The notes under the pieces were generated by a model. That model was not told where the DNA came from. It saw nothing but the letters and a program-made list of their open reading frames with translations, and made no database searches. From NCBI GenBank assembly GCA_964036045.1, contig OZ038378.1:140988001-141052000 (forward strand): 64,000 bases of DNA, written 5' to 3'. The translations under genes were made by a program, and so were the position numbers. This stretch comes from Eutreptiella sp. 'Long Island Sound 2002'. Lineage: Eukaryota; Protista; Euglenida. This document shows, piece after piece, positions 1-13,000 of this stretch (position 1 is its first letter; the number at the start of each line of letters is the position of its first letter).

Positions 1-785
1 GGCCTCAACGTATTGTTCAATAGTTCCCCTAACATCCGTGCGGTTCTAACGCACTTCGGGGGGGGGGGGCTTGGCCATAGCGCAACGCGGGGTGGGAGAC
101 GTGAACGTCCGCCCCTGGTGCAGGCTTTAGGGGCCAGGCCAGCGTCCATGCCGGGCGGGCGGCCACCTGAGGCCCAGCCGCCCTAACCTCAGGGATGTCA
201 TTGACAACTTGGCCGAGGACCATGGGTCGGTCCCGGCCCAGCGCAACTAGGCAGAGGCCATGGTCATGGCTACCATTTCCCGCAGGTGTGCAGGGCTCTT
301 CGCGACTGCCAAAGCCAGGCCGGTGAGGCGCGCACAACCTTCGAGGGTACAACCGTTGGGGCCGGAGGCGGCCTCTTCGTCATCCGTGTGGTGATGGTCA
401 ATAGCAATGTCCTCGGTAAAAGGAAAAGGCGCGGGGGCCTCGAGATGGCGTTCCATTGTCAAGGATGTGCGGGTTTGGTCTGTGGAACAAGGTTCGGCCC
501 GCCCTAATCCGGTGCAGGCGACTTCGGCGTCGAGCGGAGCGCGCCTGGCCGCGACTGGCGCCATGGCACATCGTCGCGTCATGGCACAGGCACTTCGTGT
601 CCGCCACCAGATGCCGGCGATGTTGCCCCCCCCCTCCCCCCAACTGTTGGAAAGAATGCCGCCGATGATCGAGCAAGCGACGAAATCACGACACAAATTG
701 TGAAGTTTGGTATACATCAACCAGGCTTGAAGCACCAAATGATTGAGGCAAGGGCGCAGCGCGCCTACAACGGCGGACAAATGCT

Positions 786-2213
786 ATGTGCCGAGTATGC
801 TGGAAAGCAGGTTTTGAAGCGCTTCCACGTGTGATGGACCCGAACGGTCTCCACGCCCGAGGCTCTATGCCGGGTGATGCGTGCCCACTGCGCGTGGCAT
901 GCTTGATAGATGCAGCGGGCATACTACACGTAGAAAGTGGCATCCTTGGTCTCTTTCACGAGACGGGCTGCAAGACCCCCATGGCGTGGGGCACCGGCGG
1001 CATCGGCCGCTGCTGCGCGTGGTGGTCTCTTTATTGCCCTTCTATCAGACGGGTTCGCCGCGGAGGAAGTTGCCAGGGAGGAAGTTCGGGATGTGATGGA
1101 GATTGTTCCGGGCAAGGGCAAGGCCATCGCCCTCAACGTCGTTATCGGCGGTGGGACACCCACGATCGTCAATGTCCACGGCCCGGCGGGCGGCGACGAC
1201 TCATGGGCATCTAAGGCGTCTTCTTGGGCCGCCGTTGCCATGTATGAGGCGGCAAAGAGCGATGGGGACACCACGTCGGTGCTCATTTGGGGGGACTTCA
1301 AGGACTGGTTGGAGTCGGCGGGGCACCCCACCACGAAGAGGTTCACTGTGCTGTGGAAGCAGTGTAGGCTTGTGAGGGCTGGACACTCGGCGGAAGAAGA
1401 CCGACAACCCACACGTGAAGGCCACAAGATGGATTCCTATTTGCTCAACGCTCGGCTGGATCTGTGGGCCATGCGGGAAGGCCCGTACCTTGCGCCCGGG
1501 AGGCCTCCCACGGCGCTAAGGTCAGACCGTGGCCCGGTGGCTCTGGGTATCCCGCTAGCAGTGGCTGCCGAAGATAGCATTACGCGCTTGGCCTATTCGC
1601 ACGCCCAAGACAGGCTACACGCCAGACGTTCGGACTCGCCAGGGACCCAGGAGGTGGCAGCGGCCGTGGTGCAGCGGGACTGTGATGACCCGACACTCCA
1701 GAACTGGCTCTCTTCGGAGCGCGATGAGGCCTCAATGGACACACCGGCGGTGCAGTTTGTCTTCGACCTACTCTACGCCTTTCGGCGCAACCGGTGACAT
1801 CCATCAAGGACTACTGGCAGGGCATGGTCCCGAAGCTGCAGCTACGGTGGGCGGCGATCCGAGGGGGCATCAACGTCGTCAGGTATGCTCCCTGGGGCTT
1901 GTGGTTAGTGCGAGTCCCAAAGTTGGAAGAAGTACTCATGGAAGCCTCGAAAGTCATTGGGGAAGTCCAAAGGTAATGGGAGGCGTTGTATGCCAAGCGC
2001 CCGGTGAATCTCCCGGCCTTTGAAAGGTTGGTCCAATCCCACATCCCTCGGGGCGTGCCCGAAGAGTGGAGGTCGGTGCACGATTACACCTGCAAGACCT
2101 CAAGGACGCCGTGACGCAGGCGATGGCGGGCGGCAAGGCGCCGGGGTCCAACAGGGTCACAACAACCCTCATCACGGAGCTGCTTGAGCATGTGGACGGG
2201 CTGTTGGTGGATA
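786..2213 (+). mobile_element. Degenerate non-LTR retrotransposon (LINE) fragment: zinc-knuckle relic, APE endonuclease and pre-RT region
   Basis: Motifs in the expected order across frameshifts: CRVCWKAGFEALPR (decayed CX2CX4HX4C, 789-830), ILGLFHET, GGLFIALL, TIVNVHGP, VLIWGDFK (GDFN-like, 1291), PTREGHKMDSYLL, SDRGPV (SDH-like, 1522) and KAPGSNRV (KAPGPDG-like, 2135). It is truncated before the RT core. Confidence 0.82.
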
Positions 2214-2989
2214 TGTTGGTGGATAATTTGGCAACTTTTTTTGCTGTGTTTTGCGCGCAACTTGGTGCCAGGGTGTAGTTTCTCGTGCTATCTTAGCCAA
2301 AACAGTGCTACAATAAATGTGTCCAAATTTCCGATGCTAACTAGCCGCTTGTTTCCACATATTCGGTGTGGTTCGGTTGAACCCGGTGCGAATTCACCCA
2401 AATTGACACAAGATTCGCTCCAATATCAAGGTTGTGAAGTTCGTATGAAATTCGTACAAGTTATGTACGAATTTGTCCCACATTGCACTCATTTACATTG
2501 CTGCTAAGCTCTCATCGCCTTTCAGTATTTGATAATGGTGCTAAGGCTTTCACAACCGGCGTCTCTGCAGTCTAGGCCTGATGCTGCTGCCGACCCCGTG
2601 GCGCGGTATGAAACCTTCTGGTCGGCCATCACCAGATGAAGGAGGCGACAACTCCGGGGCGCTGGCAGTCGAAGAAGTTGTGGCCTGGGCAGCATCCCTG
2701 GACCCCGCCCCCGGCGTGATTCACAATGATTTGCGCACCCCCTGGCGCAACTCTCACCTTCGGGGGAAGGCCTGGTCAACGGAGTTGTGAAGGGAACTCC
2801 AGTTCCGGATTTCCTCGCTTCGTTTTTTGCACCGTCTCCCCAGGCCCGCCACCATGGACCAATTGTTGAATGCCATGCGTACTAACCCGGTGGCGAACAC
2901 CAAGGAGGCCCACGTCCAGGTCTACCCCACCACTAACCTGGTGCATAGCCCTGCCCATAGCGACATGGTGCGCCATCACGATTTGTGTA

Positions 2990-3440
2990 ACGATTCCCCA
3001 CCTGCGCATTGCCTTTTCCTCTTCTCCTGGCACGTTGCCAGCCACAAGTAGTGGGAGGATTTGGGCATCGCCCCATTCCATGCAACCATCCAGCCAAAGG
3101 GTCATATCCCGGACATCACCCAACCCACTTTCTACACGACCACTGCTCTAAAGTTCTGAGGGGGAAAGAAATGTGCACTTCAGATGGCACCATCATTACA
3201 CGAGACAACACAGCAAACATGAAGAAAGCTTGCATTCTACTGGACCTAAATTTGAATGCGTGTTTCCCGCACACCCAACCAAATTGCCAACGTGCCAACA
3301 GGGGTGCCGGCACTCTACAACCTGTAGACCCTATAAGAAGCGAAGTTGCGCGCATTGCCGAATTGAAAAGTGCTTGGCATGAAAATAAACCCTCAAAGCC
3401 TTCTCCCAGCCTCCGGTGCGGAGCCGCATTGTTCGCCCGG
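2990..3440 (+). mobile_element. hAT-superfamily transposase remnant
   Basis: IITRDNTANMKKACILLDLNLNACFPHT (3192-3272) matches the hAT block ivTDNAaNMxKA...pCFAHtL. The upstream frame has a W...F......H segment in the expected place, with stops and a frameshift. Confidence 0.58.
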
Positions 3441-4329
3441 TGGTGAGTGAGAGCCCTGACACGGGCGATGAGGTGTACGAGGTGAACAGCTGCGCGGCAC
3501 CAACCCCGTCTTCTAATAGAGAGCGGTATCCTCTCCACTTTTGTGGCCCTCTCCCCCTAGTACCGCCTGAACAGGCGAGAACGGGTCTAGGGAGGGCCCA
3601 CATGGAGAGGGGGGACGGGGTCTCGTGAACTAAGGGGGGTCCTCGTCATGGCGAGCACCAGCCACCAGCGTGCCCCCCCCCCCCCAGGCCAAGAAATGCC
3701 GGGGGCCCTTTCAGGTGTCCACAGGATCTGACGAGAAACACGCGAGTGTACGTCCCAACGCCACCTACGTCGGCCCCCCACTGACTTGTAGCTCAAGCCA
3801 TCTTTGGGGACACTGGACCAGCGCCGTTTCCCCACCTATGGCCAGCTTGTTTTGTTGGGAGTTGGGGGGGGGGGGTTGAAATTTGGGTTTGGCAGTGCAG
3901 GATTTGAAAGACGATGTGTTGAACTCGGCAGCCCCCCAAACCATAAGCAGGCCCCTCGGTGTGCAGCTACCACCCTAGGTTCCGGAGCCGCATGGCCGCA
4001 CCTTTGCACACCCGCAGTATCCACGCCGGGGAGATCGGTATGTGGAAGAGCTCCTACCAGTTGAAGCTCGTGAGAGAGGCTCCTTGTGATTGGAAAAATC
4101 CTCGTCTCATTGGCCATGGGCGCCCACGCGACTGACGAGCTGGCGGGGGTAGGACCTTTCAAACTTGCCCCTCGTGCTCTTGCGTGATGCATATAGTTAC
4201 GGCGCCTACCTCAGTTGCGCCCAGCCCAGCTCTACCCTTGCCTCACCGCTGAGATTGCTCGCAATTTGAGGACAACAGTAACAAAAAAGTGTAGTAGGCA
4301 TTTTCAGGCAAGTGAACACCCGCAACCAA

Positions 4330-4954
4330 GGGTGAATCGCGTCACTTTCGCATGGAAGGTTTCCCACCCATATTCGGCGTGTTGTGAAAAGATAATCACC
4401 CCGAGGAGGTGGCTGCTATAGCGCGATATGCTTTATTACAAGATGCAAGCTACAACATGATGGGATGGGGCAGAAATATGGCCGAGACCGTGGCAATGTC
4501 TTGGGGCGCCGAGTGGCGGCATGTGGCAAAGAAGGTCTCATCAAAAGTGAGAAAATGAGACACCGAGCCAGTGCACTTCACCGTGACCACGGAGAAAGGA
4601 ACACCAGCGGCGTATCAGTGGTTTGAAGGAGAAGGACCCCAATGGAAACCACCAAAGGAGTTCATGGACACACTGAGATGGAGTAAAGTGGAGGACAAAT
4701 GGAAGAAGAAGCAGAAAGTTCAAGGCTCAAAGGCGCAGGCGCAGAATAAAGCGCCAACAACGAGCGAAGGGCATCCTTTGTATGAAGTCCAACCACAGGG
4801 CACGCCTGAGGCGGCATTCACAAAGCACAATACCCAAAAATCGCCATTGAGAACTACCACAAATCTTCAACCGTTATGCCAAATATATGTAGCATATCTA
4901 GCCATTTGTTTACTGCCAACACTTTTCGGCATTGTGTTGTACAATCATGACTGA
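4330..4954 (+). pseudogene. Degenerate coding remnant of unknown (probably transposon) origin
   Basis: One frame reads as protein-like through only two stops (…EEVAAIARYALLQDASYNMMGWGRNMAETVAMSWGAEWRHVAKK…YQWFEGEGPQWKPPKEFMDTLRWSKVEDKWKKKQK). No family was recognised. Confidence 0.3.
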
Positions 4955-5529
4955 AGCCATATAAATATGTGTCCATGCATGCAAAGGATACTCCCTATGG
5001 TGCCCCCCCAAACGTACCCATCATACGCCCATGACACACACTCCATGCCAACGTAATGTGCGCATCATGCACCCTTGATGTGCCCTAGAGATATTCTAGA
5101 GGTGCGCGACATACTCTTGTCATTCAACCCTAATGCGCGCATGATGTGCCGGTGATGCGCCCGTGATGCACCCAACATGCATCCGAGAAGCGTCCATGCA
5201 TCCAAGGCGCCTTACATCCTCGTCAAAGGTGCACAAGGGGCAAGGTACATAAAGGGCACCTCATAAATCAACCAAGGTGCACGAAGGGGGGGGTCAAGCA
5301 CGCAGCAGGCACATCATGGCCGTATCAAGGGCACATGACAAGTGCACCATAGTGCATCACGGTTTGGGGGTGACAGAGCGCAAGGCCCTTTTTGACTAAT
5401 TGTCTTCCTTACTAACTAAGAAACCCCTCCTTTCTGACTTGGACCCCCCACCCCTTCCAAGTAAAAAATCTCCTTATACATACCCCTAAGTGCGCATTGG
5501 GTTTTCCACACACTGTTACTTTCTACCTT

Positions 5530-7078
5530 AAGGGCACTGGATATCATCCTGCTTGTCATGAAAGCGCTGCCGGCATCTTTCCCTTCTACTGCAACCTAGT
5601 CGAAGACAATGAATGAGATGGTGGGTACACGAGGGTATTTTGCGGTGGATGGCGTTGTGCAGCACACCATGACCGCCTCCACACATTCCAAGAACCCCTC
5701 GCCCGCACGCCCTACGACCCCGACGACACCGCCCACCAAGCCGCCATGCCCCAGGCCCAATGGAAAACATCTCCTCCGGGCCGTGGTTCAGGGCCTCGCC
5801 CCCGCCTACAACCCCGCAACCCTCCGCCGGTGGCTCCAGACCACCCATCCCCAGGCATGGGACATGGGCGCCCCCCTGCCCCCAGCACCAGCCCACCACC
5901 AAGGCGCCTGAAAAGGAGGGGGCAAAGGGAAGAGCCGCGGCAAGGGGACGGGGAGTGGCACATCTGCAACCACGTGAAACCGACGTGTAACAAACATTTG
6001 GATAAAAATGTCCCATCGTGGCTGCAAGTGGTGAACGACAACTATAGCGGGTGGGGAGACCAACAGCCGGAGGAAGACTTGTTTACCTTTTTTTGCACAA
6101 ATTGGGAGGACAAGGCCCTAGCAACCCCTGGGCGCCTCTTCGGGCCCTAGCGCTACTTCCCCGCAACCCCAGTACCTTCAATCGTGAAGTATTGGCAAAG
6201 GCTCGTGAATACCGGGAACCACTTGGGGACGCCCAAGCCCAAGCCCAAGCCCCTTCTCCCCCCTGACGCCTCACAAAGGCTGAACCTCGAGGACCACGAC
6301 CCCAAACCGCAAAGCGGGCGGTTCACTACCTCTTGAAATGGACGAAGATCTCCCAGCATGAGGCACGCTAACCCACCTCTAACCAAAAAAAAAAACAAAA
6401 GAGGTTGCATCTTGCATTGCTCTATGTTCTTTCCTTCAGGAACAAGAACGGCGGTCGCAACACGTCATCCAGGAAATTTCACCACAAGGCTGAAGGATGC
6501 CACGGCCAACTTGGCCATAGTCTTGCGTGGCTTTGTCCAAGATGGAGCACGTGCGTTGCTGCAGCAACAAGCGCGGATGAGGAAGCATCAAGAGCGGCAA
6601 GCACACAAGCGAATGGGAAAAGAAAAGAAGAAAGAACGCAAGCATGGAAGAAAGACGGCAGCGAAGAAATGACAAGTCATCCCGAGTAGTTGCAAATGGT
6701 GTTTTTCAACACCACCATCCAAACACAAAGCAATGAATTTCCCGCAAATTCTGTTCTCTAGGCAAGATATGAAGGATTTCGAATCAAACGGTGTTTTTTG
6801 TGGTGGCCGCCCTGCCGCCACCCCTCAAAGATATAGCCCGAGGGCTAATCTGGCAGCATGACTGGCGAACCAGCACCGAGCCGCCACGAGAGGGTCATCA
6901 CCTCCCTAACATCATGGAAATCTAGATTGACCTCGATGACCTTGGAAGGCAAGACAAGGCCATCAGGGGATGGCGTACGAACGAATCTATCAAGACACGC
7001 AATGAAGGGTGTGGCGGTTCCTGTACACCGTGGCCCTATGCCCGGACGGGATGGTCAACAGGGCTCGAGGGATGTCCC
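5530..7078 (+). pseudogene. Degenerate coding element X-A(-Y) hosting the tandem array
   Basis: Protein-like frames cross the X/A boundary (DGEWHICNHVKPTCNKHLDKNVPSWLQVVNDNYSGW). They continue into a Lys/Arg-rich segment after a strong acceptor (ttctttccttcAG|). Stops and frameshifts are present and the family was not recognised. Confidence 0.4.
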
Positions 7079-10000
7079 TGTGTTGGTAAACGAAATGGCG
7101 CGACTTGACATCATGGTTCCCCACGCACGCTCTTCTTGCAAGCATTTGTGCAGCAACAATGTTTTTTTCATCAGGAGCCCAAAAACATCTGGAAATATTG
7201 AGAGTCAACGTAAAAGAAATTGCAACTTCATACCTTTCAGCATCAGACGTTGCCGCCAGTTTTGGTTTCCTCTTGTTGGTGCACTAATTGTCGGTTTTAC
7301 TTTACAATTTGTCAACCATTGCCAAGAAACCCACAAAAGGGATCTTCATGTATTTGATTCTGCCACATGCCATGCATTTCATTTGAGTGACCGATAAAAC
7401 TTGTGTCAACATGTGTATCACCGGGAAACACATTAGGCGGTCGGGCGGACATCTTGCCCAAATGGCGGGTATCCCTATTGTACAGTCCAGGACAAAACTA
7501 GCGGACCATCCCAGCTAGTCGTGGCAAGGCTGTTATTTTGGCACGATTCTCAGCCTGGGTGAGAACGCCTCGTAGAGTGCCCCGTTTCTTCTAACCTTTT
7601 CCTCCGCTCTTCGAGGGGGAGCTCGCCTGGTGATCCCCTCAATCCAAAAGTTGTCCACAACAAGCGACCTTTGTTGTTCGCATGCCGCAAACTATCACGG
7701 TGCCACGGCCGGAAAGGAAACTGGTGTGGCAGGGGGCAACTGGGGAAATGGTGAAGGATAGTATGACAAAGACGGCGATAGCCAAAACCTGAACAGCGGA
7801 GCTTCCCGGGGCCCAGAAAAGTACGAGAAGAACATGATGGAATCTTTGCACTTGCACTTGCATTGTGTTGTACAAAGGGATTGGGGCTTTGGGTGTTGTT
7901 TGTTTGATGAACAACATTTTCGGGGGTGTTTTTTACTGTAAGTATGTTTTGGGAAGCTTAATTATGAGCCCATAGGCTACACCTAGGATTAGGTAGCACT
8001 CACAAGAATACCCCCCTATTTGGGAAAACGAAAAATAGGCGGCTTACTCTACCCTTTTGGAAGTTAGCATATCACATGGTAGCTTCGCAGGATAGATACG
8101 CACCTCCTCTCCCTACATTGTCGTAGAGGAGTACCATTCAGCAATAAATTTGCAACCACGCGAAACCGACGTGTAACAAACATTTGGATACAAATGTCCC
8201 ATCTTGGCTGCAAGTGGTGAACGATAACTATAGCGGGTGGGGAGACAAACAGCCGGAGGAAGACTTGTTTACCTTTTTTTGCACAAATGGGACGACAAGG
8301 CCCTAGCAACCCCTGGGCGCCTCTTCGGGCCCTAGCGCTACTTCCCCGCAACCCCAGTACCTTCAATCGCGAAGTATAGGCAAAGGCTCGTGAATACCGG
8401 GAAGCTGTTGGGGACGCTTAAGCCCAAGCCCAAGCCCCTTCTCCCCCGTGACGCCTCACAAAGGCTGAACCTCGAGGACCACGACCCCAAACGGCAAAGC
8501 AGGCGGTTCGCTACCTCCTGAAATGGACGAAGACCTCCCAACGTGAGGCACGCTAACCCACCTCTAACGAAAGGGAAAAAAAAAGAGGTTGCACCTTGCA
8601 TTGCTCTATGTTCTCTCCTTCAGGAACAAGAACGGCGGTCGCAACACGTCATCCAGGAAATTTCACCACGGGGGTGAAGGATGCCAAGGCCAACTTGGCC
8701 ATAGTCTTGCGTGGCTTTGTCCAAGATGGAGCACGTGCGTTGCTGCAGCAACAAGCGCGGATGAGGGAGCATCAAGAGCGGCAAGCACACAAGCGGATGG
8801 AAGCAGAAAAGAAGAAAAAACGCAAGCGTGGAAGAAAGACGGCAGCGAAGAAATGACAAGTCATCCCGAGTAGTGGCAAATGGTGTTTTTCAACACCACC
8901 ATCCAAACACAAAGCAATGAATTTCCCGCACCTGCTGTATGTAGATATGAAGGATTTCGAATCAAACGGTGTTTTTTGGTGGCCGCCCTGCCGCCACCCC
9001 TCAAAGATATAGCCCGAGGGCTAATCTGGCAGCATGAGTGGCGAACCAGCACCGAGCCGCCACGAGAGGGTCATCACCTCCCTAACATCGTGGAGATCTA
9101 GATTGACCTCGATGACCTTGGAGGGCAAGAGAAGGCCATCAGGGGATGGCGTACGAACGAATCTATCAAGACACGCAATGAAGGGTGTGGCGGTTCCTGT
9201 ACACCGTGGCCCTATGCCCGGACGGGATGGTCAACAAGGCTCGAGGGATGTCCCTGTGTTGGTAAACGAAATGGCGCGACTTGACATCATGGTTCCCCAC
9301 GCACGCTCTTCTTGCAAGCATTTGTGCAGCAACAATGTTTTTTTCATCAGGAGCCCAAAAACATCTGGAAATATTGAGAGTCAACGTAAAAGAAATTGCA
9401 ACTTCATACCTTTCAGCATCAGACGTTGCCGCCAGTTTTGGTTTCCTCTTGTTGGTGCACTAATTGTCGGTTTTACTTTACAATTTGTCAACCATTGCCA
9501 AGAAACCCACAAAAGGGATCTTCATGTATTTGATTCTGCCACATGCCATGCATTTCATTTGAGTGACCGATAAAACTTGTGTCAACATGTGTATCACCGG
9601 GAAACACATTAGGCGGTCGGGCGGACATCTTGCCCAAATGGCGGGTATCCCTATTGTACAGTCCAGGACAAAACTAGCGGACCATCCCAGCTAGTCGTGG
9701 CAAGGCTGTTATTTTGGCACGATTCTCAGCCTGGGTGAGAACGCCTCGTAGAGTGCCCCGTTTCTTCTAACCTTTTCCTCCGCTCTTCGAGGGGGAGCTC
9801 GCCTGGTGATCCCCTCAATCCAAAAGTTGTCCACAACAAGCGACCTTTGTTGTTCGCATGCCGCAAACTATCACGGTGCCACGGCCGGAAAGGAAACTGG
9901 TGTGGCAGGGGGCAACTGGGGAAATGGTGAAGGATAGTATGACAAAGACGGCGATAGCCAAAACCTGAACAGCGGAGCTTCCCGGGGCCCAGAAAAGTAC

Positions 10001-13000
10001 GAGAAGAACATGATGGAATCTTTGCACTTGCACTTGCATTGTGTTGTACAAAGGGATTGGGGCTTTGGGTGTTGTTTGTTTGATGAACAACATTTTCGGG
10101 GGTGTTTTTTACTGTAAGTATGTTTTGGGAAGCTTAATTATGAGCCCATAGGCTACACCTAGGATTAGGTAGCACTCACAAGAATACCCCCCTATTTGGG
10201 AAAACGAAAAATAGGCGGCTTACTCTACCCTTTTGGAAGTTAGCATATCACATGGTAGCTTCGCAGGATAGATACGCACCTCCTCTCCCTACATTGTCGT
10301 AGAGGAGTACCATTCAGCAATAAATTTGCAACCACGCGAAACCGACGTGTAACAAACATTTGGATACAAATGTCCCATCTTGGCTGCAAGTGGTGAACGA
10401 TAACTATAGCGGGTGGGGAGACAAACAGCCGGAGGAAGACTTGTTTACCTTTTTTTGCACAAATGGGACGACAAGGCCCTAGCAACCCCTGGGCGCCTCT
10501 TCGGGCCCTAGCGCTACTTCCCCGCAACCCCAGTACCTTCAATCGCGAAGTATAGGCAAAGGCTCGTGAATACCGGGAAGCTGTTGGGGACGCTTAAGCC
10601 CAAGCCCAAGCCCCTTCTCCCCCGTGACGCCTCACAAAGGCTGAACCTCGAGGACCACGACCCCAAACGGCAAAGCAGGCGGTTCGCTACCTCCTGAAAT
10701 GGACGAAGACCTCCCAACGTGAGGCACGCTAACCCACCTCTAACGAAAGGGAAAAAAAAAGAGGTTGCACCTTGCATTGCTCTATGTTCTCTCCTTCAGG
10801 AACAAGAACGGCGGTCGCAACACGTCATCCAGGAAATTTCACCACGGGGGTGAAGGATGCCAAGGCCAACTTGGCCATAGTCTTGCGTGGCTTTGTCCAA
10901 GATGGAGCACGTGCGTTGCTGCAGCAACAAGCGCGGATGAGGGAGCATCAAGAGCGGCAAGCACACAAGCGGATGGAAGCAGAAAAGAAGAAAAAACGCA
11001 AGCGTGGAAGAAAGACGGCAGCGAAGAAATGACAAGTCATCCCGAGTAGTGGCAAATGGTGTTTTTCAACACCACCATCCAAACACAAAGCAATGAATTT
11101 CCCGCACCTGCTGTATGTAGATATGAAGGATTTCGAATCAAACGGTGTTTTTTGGTGGCCGCCCTGCCGCCACCCCTCAAAGATATAGCCCGAGGGCTAA
11201 TCTGGCAGCATGAGTGGCGAACCAGCACCGAGCCGCCACGAGAGGGTCATCACCTCCCTAACATCGTGGAGATCTAGATTGACCTCGATGACCTTGGAGG
11301 GCAAGAGAAGGCCATCAGGGGATGGCGTACGAACGAATCTATCAAGACACGCAATGAAGGGTGTGGCGGTTCCTGTACACCGTGGCCCTATGCCCGGACG
11401 GGATGGTCAACAAGGCTCGAGGGATGTCCCTGTGTTGGTAAACAAAATGGCGCGACTTGACATCATGGTTCCCCACGCACGCTCTTCTTGCAAGCATTTG
11501 TGCAGCAACAATGTTTTTTTCATCAGGAGCCCAAAAACATCTGGAAATATTGAGAGTCAACGTAAAAGAAATTGCAACTTCATACCTTTCAGCATCAGAC
11601 GTTGCCGCCAGTTTTGGTTTCCTCTTGTTGGTGCACTAATTGTCGGTTTTACTTTACAATTTGTCAACCATTGCCAAGAAACCCACAAAAGGGATCTTCA
11701 TGTATTTGATTCTGCCACATGCCATGCATTTCATGTGAGTGACCGATAAAACTTGTGTCAACATGTGTATCACCGGGAAACACATTAGGCGGTCGGGCGG
11801 ACATCTTGCCCAAATGGCGGGTATCCCTATTGTACAGTCCAGGACAAAACTAGCGGACCAGCCCAGCTAGTCGTGGCAAGGCTGTTATTTTGGCACGATT
11901 CTCAGCCTGGGTGAGAACGCCTCGTAGAGTGCCCCGCTTCTTCTAACCTTTTCCTCCGCTCTTCGAGGGGGAGCTCGCCTGGTGATCCCCTGAATCCAAA
12001 AGTTGTCCACAACAAGCGACCTTTGTTGTTCGCATGCCGCAAACTATCACGGTGCCACGGCCGGAAAGGAAATTGGTGTGGCAGGGGGCAACTGGGGAAA
12101 TGGTGAAGGATAGTATGACAAAGACGGCGATAGCCAAAACCTCAACAGCGGAGCTTCCCGGGGCCCAGAAAAGTACGAGAAGAACATGATGGAATCTTTG
12201 CACTTGCACTTGCATTGTGTTGTACAAAGGGATTGGGGCTTTGGGTGTTGTTTGTTTGATGAACAACATTTTCGGGGGTGTTTTTTACTGTAAGTATGTT
12301 TTGGGAAGCTTAATTATGAGTCCATAGGCTACACCTAGGATTAGGTAGCACTCACAAGAATACCCCCCTATTTGGGAAAACGAAAAATAGGCGGCTTACT
12401 CTACCCCTTTGGAAGTTAGCATATCACATGGTAGCTTCGCAGGATAGATACGCACCTCCTCTCCCTACATTGTCGTAGAGGAGTACCATTCAGCAATAAA
12501 TTTGCAACCACGCGAAACCGACGTGTAACAAACATTTGGATACAAATGTCCCATCTTGGCTGCAAGTGGTGAACGATAACTATAGCGGGTGGGGAGACAA
12601 ACAGCCGGAGGAAGACTTGTTTACCTTTTTTTGCACAAATGGGACGACAAGGCCCTAGCAACCCCTGGGCGCCTCTTCGGGCCCTAGCGCTACTTCCCCG
12701 CAACCCCAGTACCTTCAATCGCGAAGTATAGGCAAAGGCTCGTGAATACCGGGAAGCTGTTGGGGACGCTTAAGCCCAAGCCCAAGCCCCTTCTCCCCCG
12801 TGACGCCTCACAAAGGCTGAACCTCGAGGACCACGACCCCAAACGGCAAAGCAGGCGGTTCGCTACCTCCTGAAATGGACGAAGACCTCCCAACGTGAGG
12901 CACGCTAACCCACCTCTAACGAAAGGGAAAAAAAAAGAGGTTGCACCTTGCATTGCTCTATGTTCTCTCCTTCAGGAACAAGAACGGCGGTCGCAACACG

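Noticed and set aside
6858-7397. The recurring 179-aa ORF and the other ORFs of the 2176-bp unit as real genes
   Set aside because: The 179-aa ORF spans the chimeric A/B junction and has no recognisable motif. Recurrence only reflects DNA-level identity of young copies.
7079-8150. 5S rRNA, spliced-leader RNA, snRNA or snoRNA gene within the tandem unit
   Set aside because: No diagnostic motifs were found by eye; a TGATGA near 7905 lacks a matching D box and terminal stem. An Infernal/Rfam scan would be the decisive test.
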